Shown one piece after another: positions 26,191 through 33,737 of a stretch of DNA of 33,737 bases. Source of the DNA: a virus (lineage: Duplodnaviria; Caudoviricetes); IMG/VR virus record IMGVR_UViG_3300021495_000004, positions 1 through 33,737 of that record; one strand, 5' to 3'. Every line of letters starts with the position of its first letter. Position 1 is the stretch's first letter. The notes under the pieces were generated by a model. It did not search any database. It was not told the DNA's origin and worked only from the letters and a program-made list of their open reading frames with translations. The translations under genes were made by a program, and so were the position numbers.

Positions 26191-26721
26191 TTACCTCAAC
26201 CTCGTTTTAATAACATTCGAAATACCCAATCCCTTTCTGAGCTTCTCCGCTTTCTTTTCTCTCGCCACTTCCTTCTTGAGATAATCTCTCAATGTGATAA
26301 GTTCTTCTACACTCCTATATCTCAGTGACCTTCCTGCTATCTGATATTCAAGTTGTTCTTTAGAAGCAGTGCCTCTTATAACAGCTTCGACTGCTTCAAG
26401 GGCTTTCTGTGCTTCTGAACGCCCATCATAAGTAGTTTGGTCAAGGAAATCCACAACTTCGAGAGAGCCCTCACTTACTTTATAACGCTCACCATCTGCT
26501 TCACAGAAAGCGTAATACCAGTAAGTGCCTGCTGTGAGTGCGTCAGTCTCCGTTGCACTGAAAGTAATTTTGTATCCTGTTCCGTTTGCTGTAGCTGTCT
26601 TCTCAAAAGCCGCAGGTCCCCTGAAATAATACTTAAGCGTGTAATCTGTAGCAGGATACGACGCAAAGCTTTCTTCCCATTCTATTGTTTCACCTTTAAT
26701 AATTTCTTTAGGTTCATTCAT
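26191..26721 (-). CDS. gpW-like head completion protein with N-terminal domain
   Basis: C-terminal EYQIAGRSLRY...EL..LRD; between TerL and portal. Confidence 0.7.
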   Translation of the reverse strand: MNEPKEIIKGETIEWEESFASYPATDYTLKYYFRGPAAFEKTATANGTGYKITFSATETDALTAGTYWYYAFCEADGERYKVSEGSLEVVDFLDQTTYDGRSEAQKALEAVEAVIRGTASKEQLEYQIAGRSLRYRSVEELITLRDYLKKEVAREKKAEKLRKGLGISNVIKTRLR

Positions 26722-26733
26722 AAAGCACCCTCC

Positions 26734-28581
26734 TTATTTCAAACCCCGCCATACAAACGAGGTCTTTTTCTGTCTCTGTTTTTTAATTCGTTGAATTCTG
26801 TTGATTGCCTGCTCAGGGGGTTGTGTCTGTGGTGTCTCCTGTTCTTTGCTCTGTTTCTCTATTCGCTTGCTCAGCTTTTGCAGATTGGGGTCTAAAATAT
26901 ACCTTGCCGCTATTGCATATACAGAACAGTCAAGCACCTCATTGCGATCACGAATCTTTTTCCATTCCCGTGTAGGAACGCCTTTTTTGAATCTGGTAAT
27001 CATCTTTTCAGCTGTAAGTTGCATAAAGAACTCCTCAGGCAAATGCATAGGGAAATGGATATAAGCTCCCCCTGGTTCTGTAATTTGCATTCTCGAAAAC
27101 AAAAGCTCTTTCGCTGTGTCAACACCTATCAGGAAAACAGGCACTTTCGCTTTATTGCGTCTCGATACTGAATAGACAATAGGCAAGCCCTTCTGACTTG
27201 CTCCCTTGATTGCAAAAATTCTTCTGATAGATTTACCCTTGACAAAATTGTAAACATTTTGCGTATACGAACCTGAGTCGATTGCAGTGCAGGCAATCTT
27301 CATTACGATACCTTTTTCGTGCGTGAAATCTTTAGATAGGTAAATGTCAAGCTGTTCCCACACCGCAGGCTCTATAACATTGCCGTAAAAAGTTTTCCAA
27401 TCTATCACCCACGCCTCGTCATTTTTACCCCAGCCCCATACTACGCACTCAAGTCTGTCTTTCTGAACATCAACGCCTGCAGTTAATACCAATACGCCAT
27501 CAGGGACTTCAGCACGATAGGCTTCTTTTCTTGCCACCAGTTCGTGTGTTTCCACCACTTCTCCAATATCTTCCCAAGTTTCCGCCAAGACCGTATTAAC
27601 GAAAACCTTTAATTTTTCAGGCTGTTTCTTTACTTCAAAAAATTCTCTGACAAGGTCAGGAATTTTCACCCAGGGGGAATAGAGGGCATTTAACCAGAAG
27701 CCCGCCACTTTAGGTTTTTCTCTCTCTGCCCGCCACTCTCCGAACCTGACTGCTTTTAACCTATCTGCTTCATTCCATTTCGTTTTACAGTTCTCGCATA
27801 CATAACCCGCCGTTTCGGGGTCTCCGTTCTCCCATTGCACATTCTTCCAATACAAAACCTGATAATGTTCACAATAGGGGCATCTTGCGTAATATTTTCG
27901 CCTGTCTGAATGCTCGTATTCCTGCTCTATGCGAGATAAGCCCTTTAAGGTTGGTGTAGAAGCCATAACAATCTTTCTGTTCCAATAAGTCATAGTTCGC
28001 TTAATCGCCAACATAATAGGGTCTCCCTCAGCTCCTGCTGAGAAAGGAAATCTGTCCACCTCGTCCATTAACAAAATTCTGACAGGTTTTGCAGCAAGAG
28101 AAGCAGGGGAATTCGCTCCAGCAAGCAGAATATAGCCTCCAGGGAATACTTTACGCAACTGTGTGTTATCTGGATTTCTCGAACTGAAATCGAATTTTTC
28201 AGATAAGCAAGGAGTATCTCTCAGCAATGGCTGTAATCTTGTCTTTGAAAAATCTTTTGCAACTTCGATTGTGGGCAAGACTACAAAAATGGGGGAAGGG
28301 TCTTGCTCTATGAAATATCCAATCGTGTTTAGAATTATCTCCGTTTTTCCCACCTGTGAGGAGGTCATGATCACCACTTTTTCGATTGTGGGGTCGGTAA
28401 TTGCGTCCATAATGCCCCTCTGATATTCAGCACGCTCGGTATACCAGCGACCGGGCTCGGCACTTGCTTCTGGAGACAACACTCTTTTTCTGTCAGCCCA
28501 TTGTGATAGACTCAATCTGGGAGGAGGTTTGAGAATATCTACACTCTGTTTGAGAATCTCACGCACTTGTAGTGAAGTCAT
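26734..28581 (-). CDS. terL: Terminase large subunit (lambda gpA family)
   Basis: SSQVGKTE Walker A, LLMDEVD Walker B, STPT, GVDVQ and RNEVLDC motifs. Confidence 0.97.
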   Translation of the reverse strand: MTSLQVREILKQSVDILKPPPRLSLSQWADRKRVLSPEASAEPGRWYTERAEYQRGIMDAITDPTIEKVVIMTSSQVGKTEIILNTIGYFIEQDPSPIFVVLPTIEVAKDFSKTRLQPLLRDTPCLSEKFDFSSRNPDNTQLRKVFPGGYILLAGANSPASLAAKPVRILLMDEVDRFPFSAGAEGDPIMLAIKRTMTYWNRKIVMASTPTLKGLSRIEQEYEHSDRRKYYARCPYCEHYQVLYWKNVQWENGDPETAGYVCENCKTKWNEADRLKAVRFGEWRAEREKPKVAGFWLNALYSPWVKIPDLVREFFEVKKQPEKLKVFVNTVLAETWEDIGEVVETHELVARKEAYRAEVPDGVLVLTAGVDVQKDRLECVVWGWGKNDEAWVIDWKTFYGNVIEPAVWEQLDIYLSKDFTHEKGIVMKIACTAIDSGSYTQNVYNFVKGKSIRRIFAIKGASQKGLPIVYSVSRRNKAKVPVFLIGVDTAKELLFSRMQITEPGGAYIHFPMHLPEEFFMQLTAEKMITRFKKGVPTREWKKIRDRNEVLDCSVYAIAARYILDPNLQKLSKRIEKQSKEQETPQTQPPEQAINRIQRIKKQRQKKTSFVWRGLK

Positions 28582-29047
28582 CAGGCTTTACCTCCCTTAA
28601 TTCATTCAAAGCTTCGTGAATTTCCTGCTCCAAACGGGCTTCGAGGGCGTTCACATCTGTATAGCTGATTAAGATAGGTGCCAGCTTTTTCGGTAAAACA
28701 AGCAATTTCTGTCTGAAATTCACAAGCAAATTTGACCACACTTTTATCACTGCTTTAGTTTCTACAAGTTCGCCCTTCATTTTTTTGACCATGAGCTCAA
28801 TCTTGTCGGCACTTGCCTTTGCAATTCTGATTTTTTCTTCCATCAACGCTGAGCTTCCGCCAGCTCGTGCAAGCTCCTGATAATACTTGACAAGCTCTTT
28901 TGTAGCTTTAATAAACCAGATTTGTCCCTTAACAGGTGCATGGACTTTCTTTTCTTTTGCTAATTGCCTGTATCTCCGTGTAGTGATACCGAAAATGGGC
29001 TCTGCAACGCTACTTAAATTCACTTTGAAATCCTTTACTTCAGACAT
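28559..29047 (-). CDS. terS: Terminase small subunit (Nu1-like)
   Basis: N-terminal wHTH (FGITTRRYRQL), coiled coil and GELV motif; overlaps terL. Confidence 0.88.
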   Translation of the reverse strand: MSEVKDFKVNLSSVAEPIFGITTRRYRQLAKEKKVHAPVKGQIWFIKATKELVKYYQELARAGGSSALMEEKIRIAKASADKIELMVKKMKGELVETKAVIKVWSNLLVNFRQKLLVLPKKLAPILISYTDVNALEARLEQEIHEALNELREVKPDDFTTSA

Positions 29048-29087
29048 CGCTCACTCCCTCAGAAATGAAGACCTTCCAAAACCGTAA

Positions 29088-29147
29088 AACTGTGGCGGGT
29101 TTTCGCAGTCGGCGGGCCCATCGCAAAGCTTGTCTTAATAAGGACCC
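29088..29147 (-). other. Candidate cos site (cosQ + cosN)
   Basis: GGGTCCT (the lambda cosQ heptamer) at 29147-29141, then GC-rich GGGCCCGCCGACT 21 nt later, just upstream of terS. Confidence 0.65.
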
Positions 29148-29148
29148 A

Positions 29149-29709
29149 TCAACGCATTTTCGCCAACATCCAGTCAATTCTCCTCCCCAAGTTTTTAATC
29201 ATGAATTCCTCAGCTTTTTTGTGAGCTGCATTCCAAATTTCGGGATGTTGAATAAATGTAGTCATACCCGGGCCTAACAATCTCTGCACGGGATATCGTC
29301 CCACTCTCCTTCCACCTATAACCTTCCTGATAAACACATGTGGTCTCCCACCTGCATGTTGAATAAAAGCATGAGGGATTAATACTCGTCTACCACGCAA
29401 AACTTGAGCACTGACCCCTTTTCTGGTCTGACGCACAGGGTAATGAATCAAACTTACTCCTTTTCCTCCTTTAGCAACTAAAACTGCATACAGTCTTGAA
29501 GGTGTAGCTCTCTTAATCGAAAAAGCTCTTTCTCTGAGATAAGAGGCTTTAATTGCATATCGTTCTCTTATTTTTTTAACTAAAAAACTTTTAGTCTGCT
29601 TAGCAGCATCGTTCAGTGTTCTAACCATAATCGTGTTTAATTCTTTCTTGTTAAAAACCCTTCTAAGCTCCTCAAGCCCTTCAAATTTAATTTTTAGGTA
29701 TTCAGGCAT
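29149..29709 (-). CDS. Lambda gpZ-like minor tail / tail completion protein
   Basis: Basic protein with RTLNDAA..., HAFI...VFIR and YPVQRL.GP motifs; start uncertain. Confidence 0.7.
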   Translation of the reverse strand: MPEYLKIKFEGLEELRRVFNKKELNTIMVRTLNDAAKQTKSFLVKKIRERYAIKASYLRERAFSIKRATPSRLYAVLVAKGGKGVSLIHYPVRQTRKGVSAQVLRGRRVLIPHAFIQHAGGRPHVFIRKVIGGRRVGRYPVQRLLGPGMTTFIQHPEIWNAAHKKAEEFMIKNLGRRIDWMLAKMR

Positions 29710-29764
29710 CGTGGATATAAATAAACAATAGGGTTCGAACAAACAGGTAACACAGTGTTACTTA

Positions 29765-29801
29765 CAAAGAAAACCCCCAAAGGTAACCTTTTTAGGGGTT
29801 T
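29765..29801 (-). terminator. Terminator between middle and late genes
   Basis: AAACCCCTAAAAAGG-TTA-CCTTTGGGGG followed by TTTTCTTT. Confidence 0.65.
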
Positions 29802-29879
29802 AATGCAGTATGCTTAATTTAATAATTTTATGTTGAAATAGGGATATGCCTTAAGCTTATGAAAAAATTTTTACTGTTG

Positions 29880-30161
29880 TTATTCTTCTGTATCTTTCTC
29901 CCCAGTTTTCTTTTCCCTGTAATAAGCCCATTGATTTTCTTTGTTGATGCCAACCAGTTCATACATAATTTTTTTATATCCAGGAAAATCTATGTCATCT
30001 TGCTTCAAATCTCCTGTATTTAAAAAAAGAGCAGGATCTATTGTAACGGGCATAGAAAAATAAACAGCTGAAGGCGGATACCCCTCCCATTCCAGGATTA
30101 ATCCTTCTTTACAACCATCCAGCATGATTAGCAAATATTTTGTTATTCTTTGTTTACCCAT
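29880..30161 (-). CDS. Hypothetical protein
   Basis: ORF with RBS AAGGAG, co-oriented with the operon. Confidence 0.65.
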   Translation of the reverse strand: MGKQRITKYLLIMLDGCKEGLILEWEGYPPSAVYFSMPVTIDPALFLNTGDLKQDDIDFPGYKKIMYELVGINKENQWAYYREKKTGEKDTEE

Positions 30162-30180
30162 AATAGTTCTCCTTTATAGA

Positions 30181-30477
30181 CTATATATCTTCCAGACCGA
30201 TTAAAAGAGTTTCTTTTTTATTATAGCCTACATCTTCAGGCACTTCAAGCACCTGATAAACATTGATTGACCTTATACGATAGCCTTTATCTCTCAATTC
30301 TGATAATCTGATTCTGAGTGATAAATATGACATTCCTGTCAGCTCCTGCAACTTCTCTGTGGTAATCACTCTCCTTGTTCTGTGTAACTCTTTTAATACT
30401 TCTTTCAATCGTTCGATTTTCTGTTTGTTTTTGAATTCTTTTGAGAAGTAATAAGTTTTATCTTTCATTTGCTTCAA
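30181..30477 (-). CDS. HTH DNA-binding protein (possible late regulator)
   Basis: ITTEKLQELTGMSYLSLRIRLSELRDKGY winged HTH near the end of the middle operon. Confidence 0.65.
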   Translation of the reverse strand: MKQMKDKTYYFSKEFKNKQKIERLKEVLKELHRTRRVITTEKLQELTGMSYLSLRIRLSELRDKGYRIRSINVYQVLEVPEDVGYNKKETLLIGLEDI

Positions 30478-30880
30478 AATAAATCTTCCCCCTATAAATA
30501 TGCCCTATTTTTTTGATTTGATAATTCGAGAGTAATTCGTATATATCAAACCTATCCACACGGTTATTCTGCGTTCTACCTATAACAAGCCATATTCTTG
30601 AAAACGGGAAATTCCACTTAATGTCTTCGAGTTTCAGGAGCTTACGCCTTACATTGGTATCTTTCGTAACCTGAACCCATAAGGTCTTTTCGTTGGGCTT
30701 TATGGCAATAATATCAATGCAGTTAAAAATATCATTCGATTGAGAGAAAATCTTTTTTTTGCCTGTCTTATCTGTGAATTCTCTGAACGAGTATTGAGTG
30801 AGATGGACTGTGTAACCATATTTTTTTAAAATTTCAGCGATTCTTTTTTCTAACCGCCTGCCCGTTTTACGCCTGCTCAT
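30458..30880 (-). CDS. Holliday junction resolvase, Hjc-like PD-(D/E)XK
   Basis: GRRLEKRIAEIL..YGY, DIF..IDIIAI and WVQV motifs; start moved to ATG 30880. Confidence 0.75.
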   Translation of the reverse strand: MSRRKTGRRLEKRIAEILKKYGYTVHLTQYSFREFTDKTGKKKIFSQSNDIFNCIDIIAIKPNEKTLWVQVTKDTNVRRKLLKLEDIKWNFPFSRIWLVIGRTQNNRVDRFDIYELLSNYQIKKIGHIYRGKIYFEANER

Positions 30881-31070
30881 CTCTCTCCCCCTTTGTTTCA
30901 TCAATAGGTTCATAGTCTGCACACGCATCCATCCACCATTCGTCTACTATTATAGTTAAATCTTCTCCAACCATTTCTCCCGTCAAAGCACATACCCATA
31001 CACGACCCAACTCATTACGCCCACCCAAAACCCGATTTTTACAGGTTTCACAGGTTCTTTCCTGCTTCAT
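30867..31070 (-). CDS. Small Cys-rich protein
   Basis: CETC...C...C; overlaps both neighbours in the operon. Confidence 0.6.
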   Translation of the reverse strand: MKQERTCETCKNRVLGGRNELGRVWVCALTGEMVGEDLTIIVDEWWMDACADYEPIDETKGERDEQA

Positions 31071-31566
31071 CTCTCTCCTCCAAATACCCGTGTTCTTTTA
31101 GCCATAGCCATAAATGGGCGAGGGCGTTAGAGAGTTTAGCGTCTTCTTCTATTATCCATTCTTCGCCCACAGGAGTTTCGTATTTAACCCATATCCAAGG
31201 TTGTCCTTTATCATCCTCTCCTCTTTCAATAGTGAGATAATACAAATGAATTACATTGTCTCTTGTTTCTATATTAACAGGCAACTCCCCCAAAATTTCT
31301 TCGGCAAGGGGAGCTTTAACAAAATCTACAATATTCGCAGGAAATCTGAATTTGTAATCCCAAACTGATAGATAAAGAAGTGAATATTTTTTGAATACAG
31401 GGGCATCAGGATTGACAAGAGGGTCAGCAAAATGTTCATCTTCTGGGCTTGTGTCAATATCCTCAAGGCGATATTTTACCCAATAGAATCCTCCGCCACC
31501 CTGAGGAAACCCCGCCTCTTTCAACTTTTTAGCGAGGTCTAATGAAACAACATATTTCTCAATCAT
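31048..31566 (-). CDS. Conserved-type phage hypothetical protein
   Basis: SLDLAKKLKEAGFPQ and AP...EI..ELP motifs seen in phage middle genes. Confidence 0.7.
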   Translation of the reverse strand: MIEKYVVSLDLAKKLKEAGFPQGGGGFYWVKYRLEDIDTSPEDEHFADPLVNPDAPVFKKYSLLYLSVWDYKFRFPANIVDFVKAPLAEEILGELPVNIETRDNVIHLYYLTIERGEDDKGQPWIWVKYETPVGEEWIIEEDAKLSNALAHLWLWLKEHGYLEERDEAGKNL

Positions 31567-31972
31567 CTTTGCCCTCCTCTAATAAATATTTATGTTCATA
31601 AATATTGCCGATAACTTCTATATCGCTTGCATGGAAATAGCCCAGCTCTCTCAGATTCTCAATAAACCAACAGCCCAATCGCATAAATACTTTGCCAATG
31701 CCCCACGGGGTTTTTATTATATCTCCCTCATATATCTCTTTCCCATTCCTGTCTTTGAGACCTGTGTATTGCATAATCCCTTTTACAACCTCATTCCACT
31801 TTTCTGAACCATAATCATAAGATAACCATTGCGTATAACCATCGCCTAAGGGATATTCTACTAATATATTTTTTAATTTGCCTTCACCATCAAAATCCAT
31901 TAAATGAATTGGTAAGATTTTGGGCTGACTGCCTATCAATTGTATACATACTTTAAACTTTATCTCTCTCAT
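31559..31972 (-). CDS. YopX family protein
   Basis: MREIKF, MQYTGLKDRNGKEIYEGDI and EVIGNIYE motifs. Confidence 0.92.
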   Translation of the reverse strand: MREIKFKVCIQLIGSQPKILPIHLMDFDGEGKLKNILVEYPLGDGYTQWLSYDYGSEKWNEVVKGIMQYTGLKDRNGKEIYEGDIIKTPWGIGKVFMRLGCWFIENLRELGYFHASDIEVIGNIYEHKYLLEEGKDD

Positions 31973-32015
31973 ACCTACCTCCCCATTAACTTACGCCAAT
32001 GGTTCCAAGCATTAT

Positions 32016-32243
32016 TTATTTTGGGTCAGGCAGAATAATCCCCTCGTCAGCTTCTACGGGGTCGCACAATACCATTAAAGTTTCATCATTATTACGCCAG
32101 ATATATCCCATATAACCGAGTTTAATGTTGTAGCGAGGGATGAGTTTGCCTATATGCACCTTGATATAATGCCCTTTATGCCTGAATCTTACATACTCTC
32201 CCTCTTCTCCTATTACTTCCCACCAAAATTTTGAGGTATACAT
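32016..32243 (-). CDS. Hypothetical protein
   Basis: Start moved to ATG 32243 (RBS AGGAGGTG). Confidence 0.65.
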   Translation of the reverse strand: MYTSKFWWEVIGEEGEYVRFRHKGHYIKVHIGKLIPRYNIKLGYMGYIWRNNDETLMVLCDPVEADEGIILPDPK

Positions 32244-32254
32244 ATCTACACCTC

Positions 32255-32671
32255 CTATGGTGAAGCGGGTGGGTTGGGATCTTGCCATTCTTTATCACTA
32301 TCATCCAGCTTTTTGTATTCAGGCCATAATCCAAGATGACAAAGCAATCCTATAACACCATAATTCGCAAGGTCTCTCCAAGTATCTTCAACAGGCTCAT
32401 TTTGAACTTCACGGTTCTCCAGTAATAATGTTCCCAATCGCTCAATCTTATCATTCGCTCTGACCATGACTCCCAACTCACCGAAACGGGCGATATTACC
32501 AGAACCGTAATCAAGTTGTTTTTGAACGAAGATAAGATAATTAACGAGCATTTGACTAAAGAAGTCCTCTACCACCTGCCAGGATTCATCATTGAGTTGA
32601 TAAACATAATCTTCAAGTTTTTCTCTTATACATTCCCAATGATAATCAAGTTTTTTTAATCTGCCCATCAT
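32255..32671 (-). CDS. Nucleotide-modification-associated domain protein (DUF1599/Nmad1-like)
   Basis: KQLDYG, VRANDKIERL and EPVEDTWRDLANYGVI motifs. Confidence 0.8.
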   Translation of the reverse strand: MMGRLKKLDYHWECIREKLEDYVYQLNDESWQVVEDFFSQMLVNYLIFVQKQLDYGSGNIARFGELGVMVRANDKIERLGTLLLENREVQNEPVEDTWRDLANYGVIGLLCHLGLWPEYKKLDDSDKEWQDPNPPASP

Positions 32672-33605
32672 TCCCTCCTTTTTTTATCATTTTTTCTACC
32701 ATATCCATTAACTGTTCGCTCGATTCCTTCCACCCCCAATATTTACGCCACTGTTTTACTAAAGAAAACCACTGGGGGCGGGGAACTTTGTTTTTGATTA
32801 AAAACCTCACAAAAGACTCAATGGTCGTAATTTTTCCAAAATCCACCTTAATCGGCTCCTTAACATTCACAAGCCAATCCCAATTCTTTGCAATCGCCCA
32901 CAGTCCTGGAAAACCGTTCGCAAATAGCATGATTCTATCTTTGTGTTTAACTATATGCTCAAGTCCAGCTTTCACTTTTAACCAGTCATTTTCACACTTA
33001 ATCAGAATCTCGTTGAGTGCCTCCTGGTCGGTTTTACTTCGTAGGGTTTTTCGTGGGAAACCTAACTCGTGCAGGAGTTTTAAAATCTCGTCTTTAACAA
33101 TGATAAAATCAATCGATTTTTCTTGCTCTATAATAGAGTGTGTATTATTATTTATATTCTCTTTCTCTTTCTCTTTCTCTTTCTCTTTCTCCCTGTTACT
33201 TTTGGATGTAACTTTATTTTGTAACTTATCATTGTAACTTTCATTTGTAACTTTTGATTGTAACTTTTCACGATATTTTTTCTGTCTCATATATTCTGAT
33301 TGATATTTAAGCCAATTTAGGATAATGATTTCATTGTTATCAGTGACTTTGATTCTTTCAGTTTCAATCAGTCTTTGTTTCGCTCTTTGCCACAGCTCAT
33401 TATCAATATTTAAAATCACGCAAATTTGTTCATCGGTTAAGCCACATCCAGGGGCAAGCCTGATAATACCCTCATCACCATAAGCACTATCGCCTGCAAG
33501 TGTAAGCAAATCAATCCAGATGCCCCGTATTTCGGGAGGCTCTTCTCTTATGGTGCCTCTTAGCCATTTATCTGCATAAATTTTTACCCAGGTGCGTCTT
33601 CCCAT
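32646..33605 (-). CDS. Replication initiator (replisome organizer / O-like)
   Basis: WVKI..., IWIDLLTLAG and ILNWLKYQ N-terminal domain, EKEKEK linker and internal iterons. Confidence 0.85.
   Translation of the reverse strand: MGRRTWVKIYADKWLRGTIREEPPEIRGIWIDLLTLAGDSAYGDEGIIRLAPGCGLTDEQICVILNIDNELWQRAKQRLIETERIKVTDNNEIIILNWLKYQSEYMRQKKYREKLQSKVTNESYNDKLQNKVTSKSNREKEKEKEKEKENINNNTHSIIEQEKSIDFIIVKDEILKLLHELGFPRKTLRSKTDQEALNEILIKCENDWLKVKAGLEHIVKHKDRIMLFANGFPGLWAIAKNWDWLVNVKEPIKVDFGKITTIESFVRFLIKNKVPRPQWFSLVKQWRKYWGWKESSEQLMDMVEKMIKKGGNDGQIKKT
33158..33266. repeat. Putative replication origin iterons
   Basis: Five TGTAACTT at a 13-bp period (33207, 33220, 33233, 33246, 33259) next to a (TCTTTC)n tract and AT-rich DNA. 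Confidence 0.8.
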
Positions 33606-33626
33606 TATTTCCTCCTATTCGTCCAC

Positions 33627-33737
33627 ATCATCTGAATCTCCTGGAATCAGTTCTGTAGCTTTGCGTAATGCTTCTTTAATTTCATCAGACAGGAAATCAG
33701 CAGGGTCATAGAATCGATAATCTATGTCGTGTTCATA
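33627..33737. repeat. Terminal direct repeat, copy 2
   Basis: Identical to 1-111. Confidence 0.97.

Noticed and set aside
8748-33237. Numerous + strand and alternate-frame ORFs within the - strand operons
   Set aside because: They are antisense or out-of-frame shadows of well-supported genes, with no recognisable motifs.
1-33737. Stop-codon reassignment
   Set aside because: Standard-code ORFs tile the genome with full-length hallmark proteins, and all three stop codons are used.

Overview
The window is a complete temperate siphovirus genome assembled as a circle. Bases 1-111 repeat exactly at 33627-33737, giving a unit length of about 33,626 bp. Only the lysogeny block is on the + strand: a cI-like repressor, a membrane SH3 protein and a tyrosine integrase, followed by an attP whose core is the 3' half of tRNA-Val(TAC). 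The - strand carries cro/CII/xis-like regulators, a recombination and replication module (Cas4-like exonuclease, replisome organizer with iterons, Hjc-like resolvase, two YopX), lambda-type packaging genes (cos candidate, Nu1-like TerS, gpA TerL, gpW-like, portal), a protease-capsid fusion, tail genes with a -1 frameshifted chaperone, and a lysis region interrupted by several unexpected enzymes. The most striking signal is a 76-nt RNA element (241-316, -) that looks like the alanine-accepting tRNA-like domain of tmRNA with the whole mRNA-like domain removed. Next are a candidate ~97-nt structured small RNA with its own promoter and terminator (8355-8451, -) and an adjacent three-gene accessory operon driven by two tandem perfect sigma70 promoters. 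All protein family calls are from motif recognition, not database searches.
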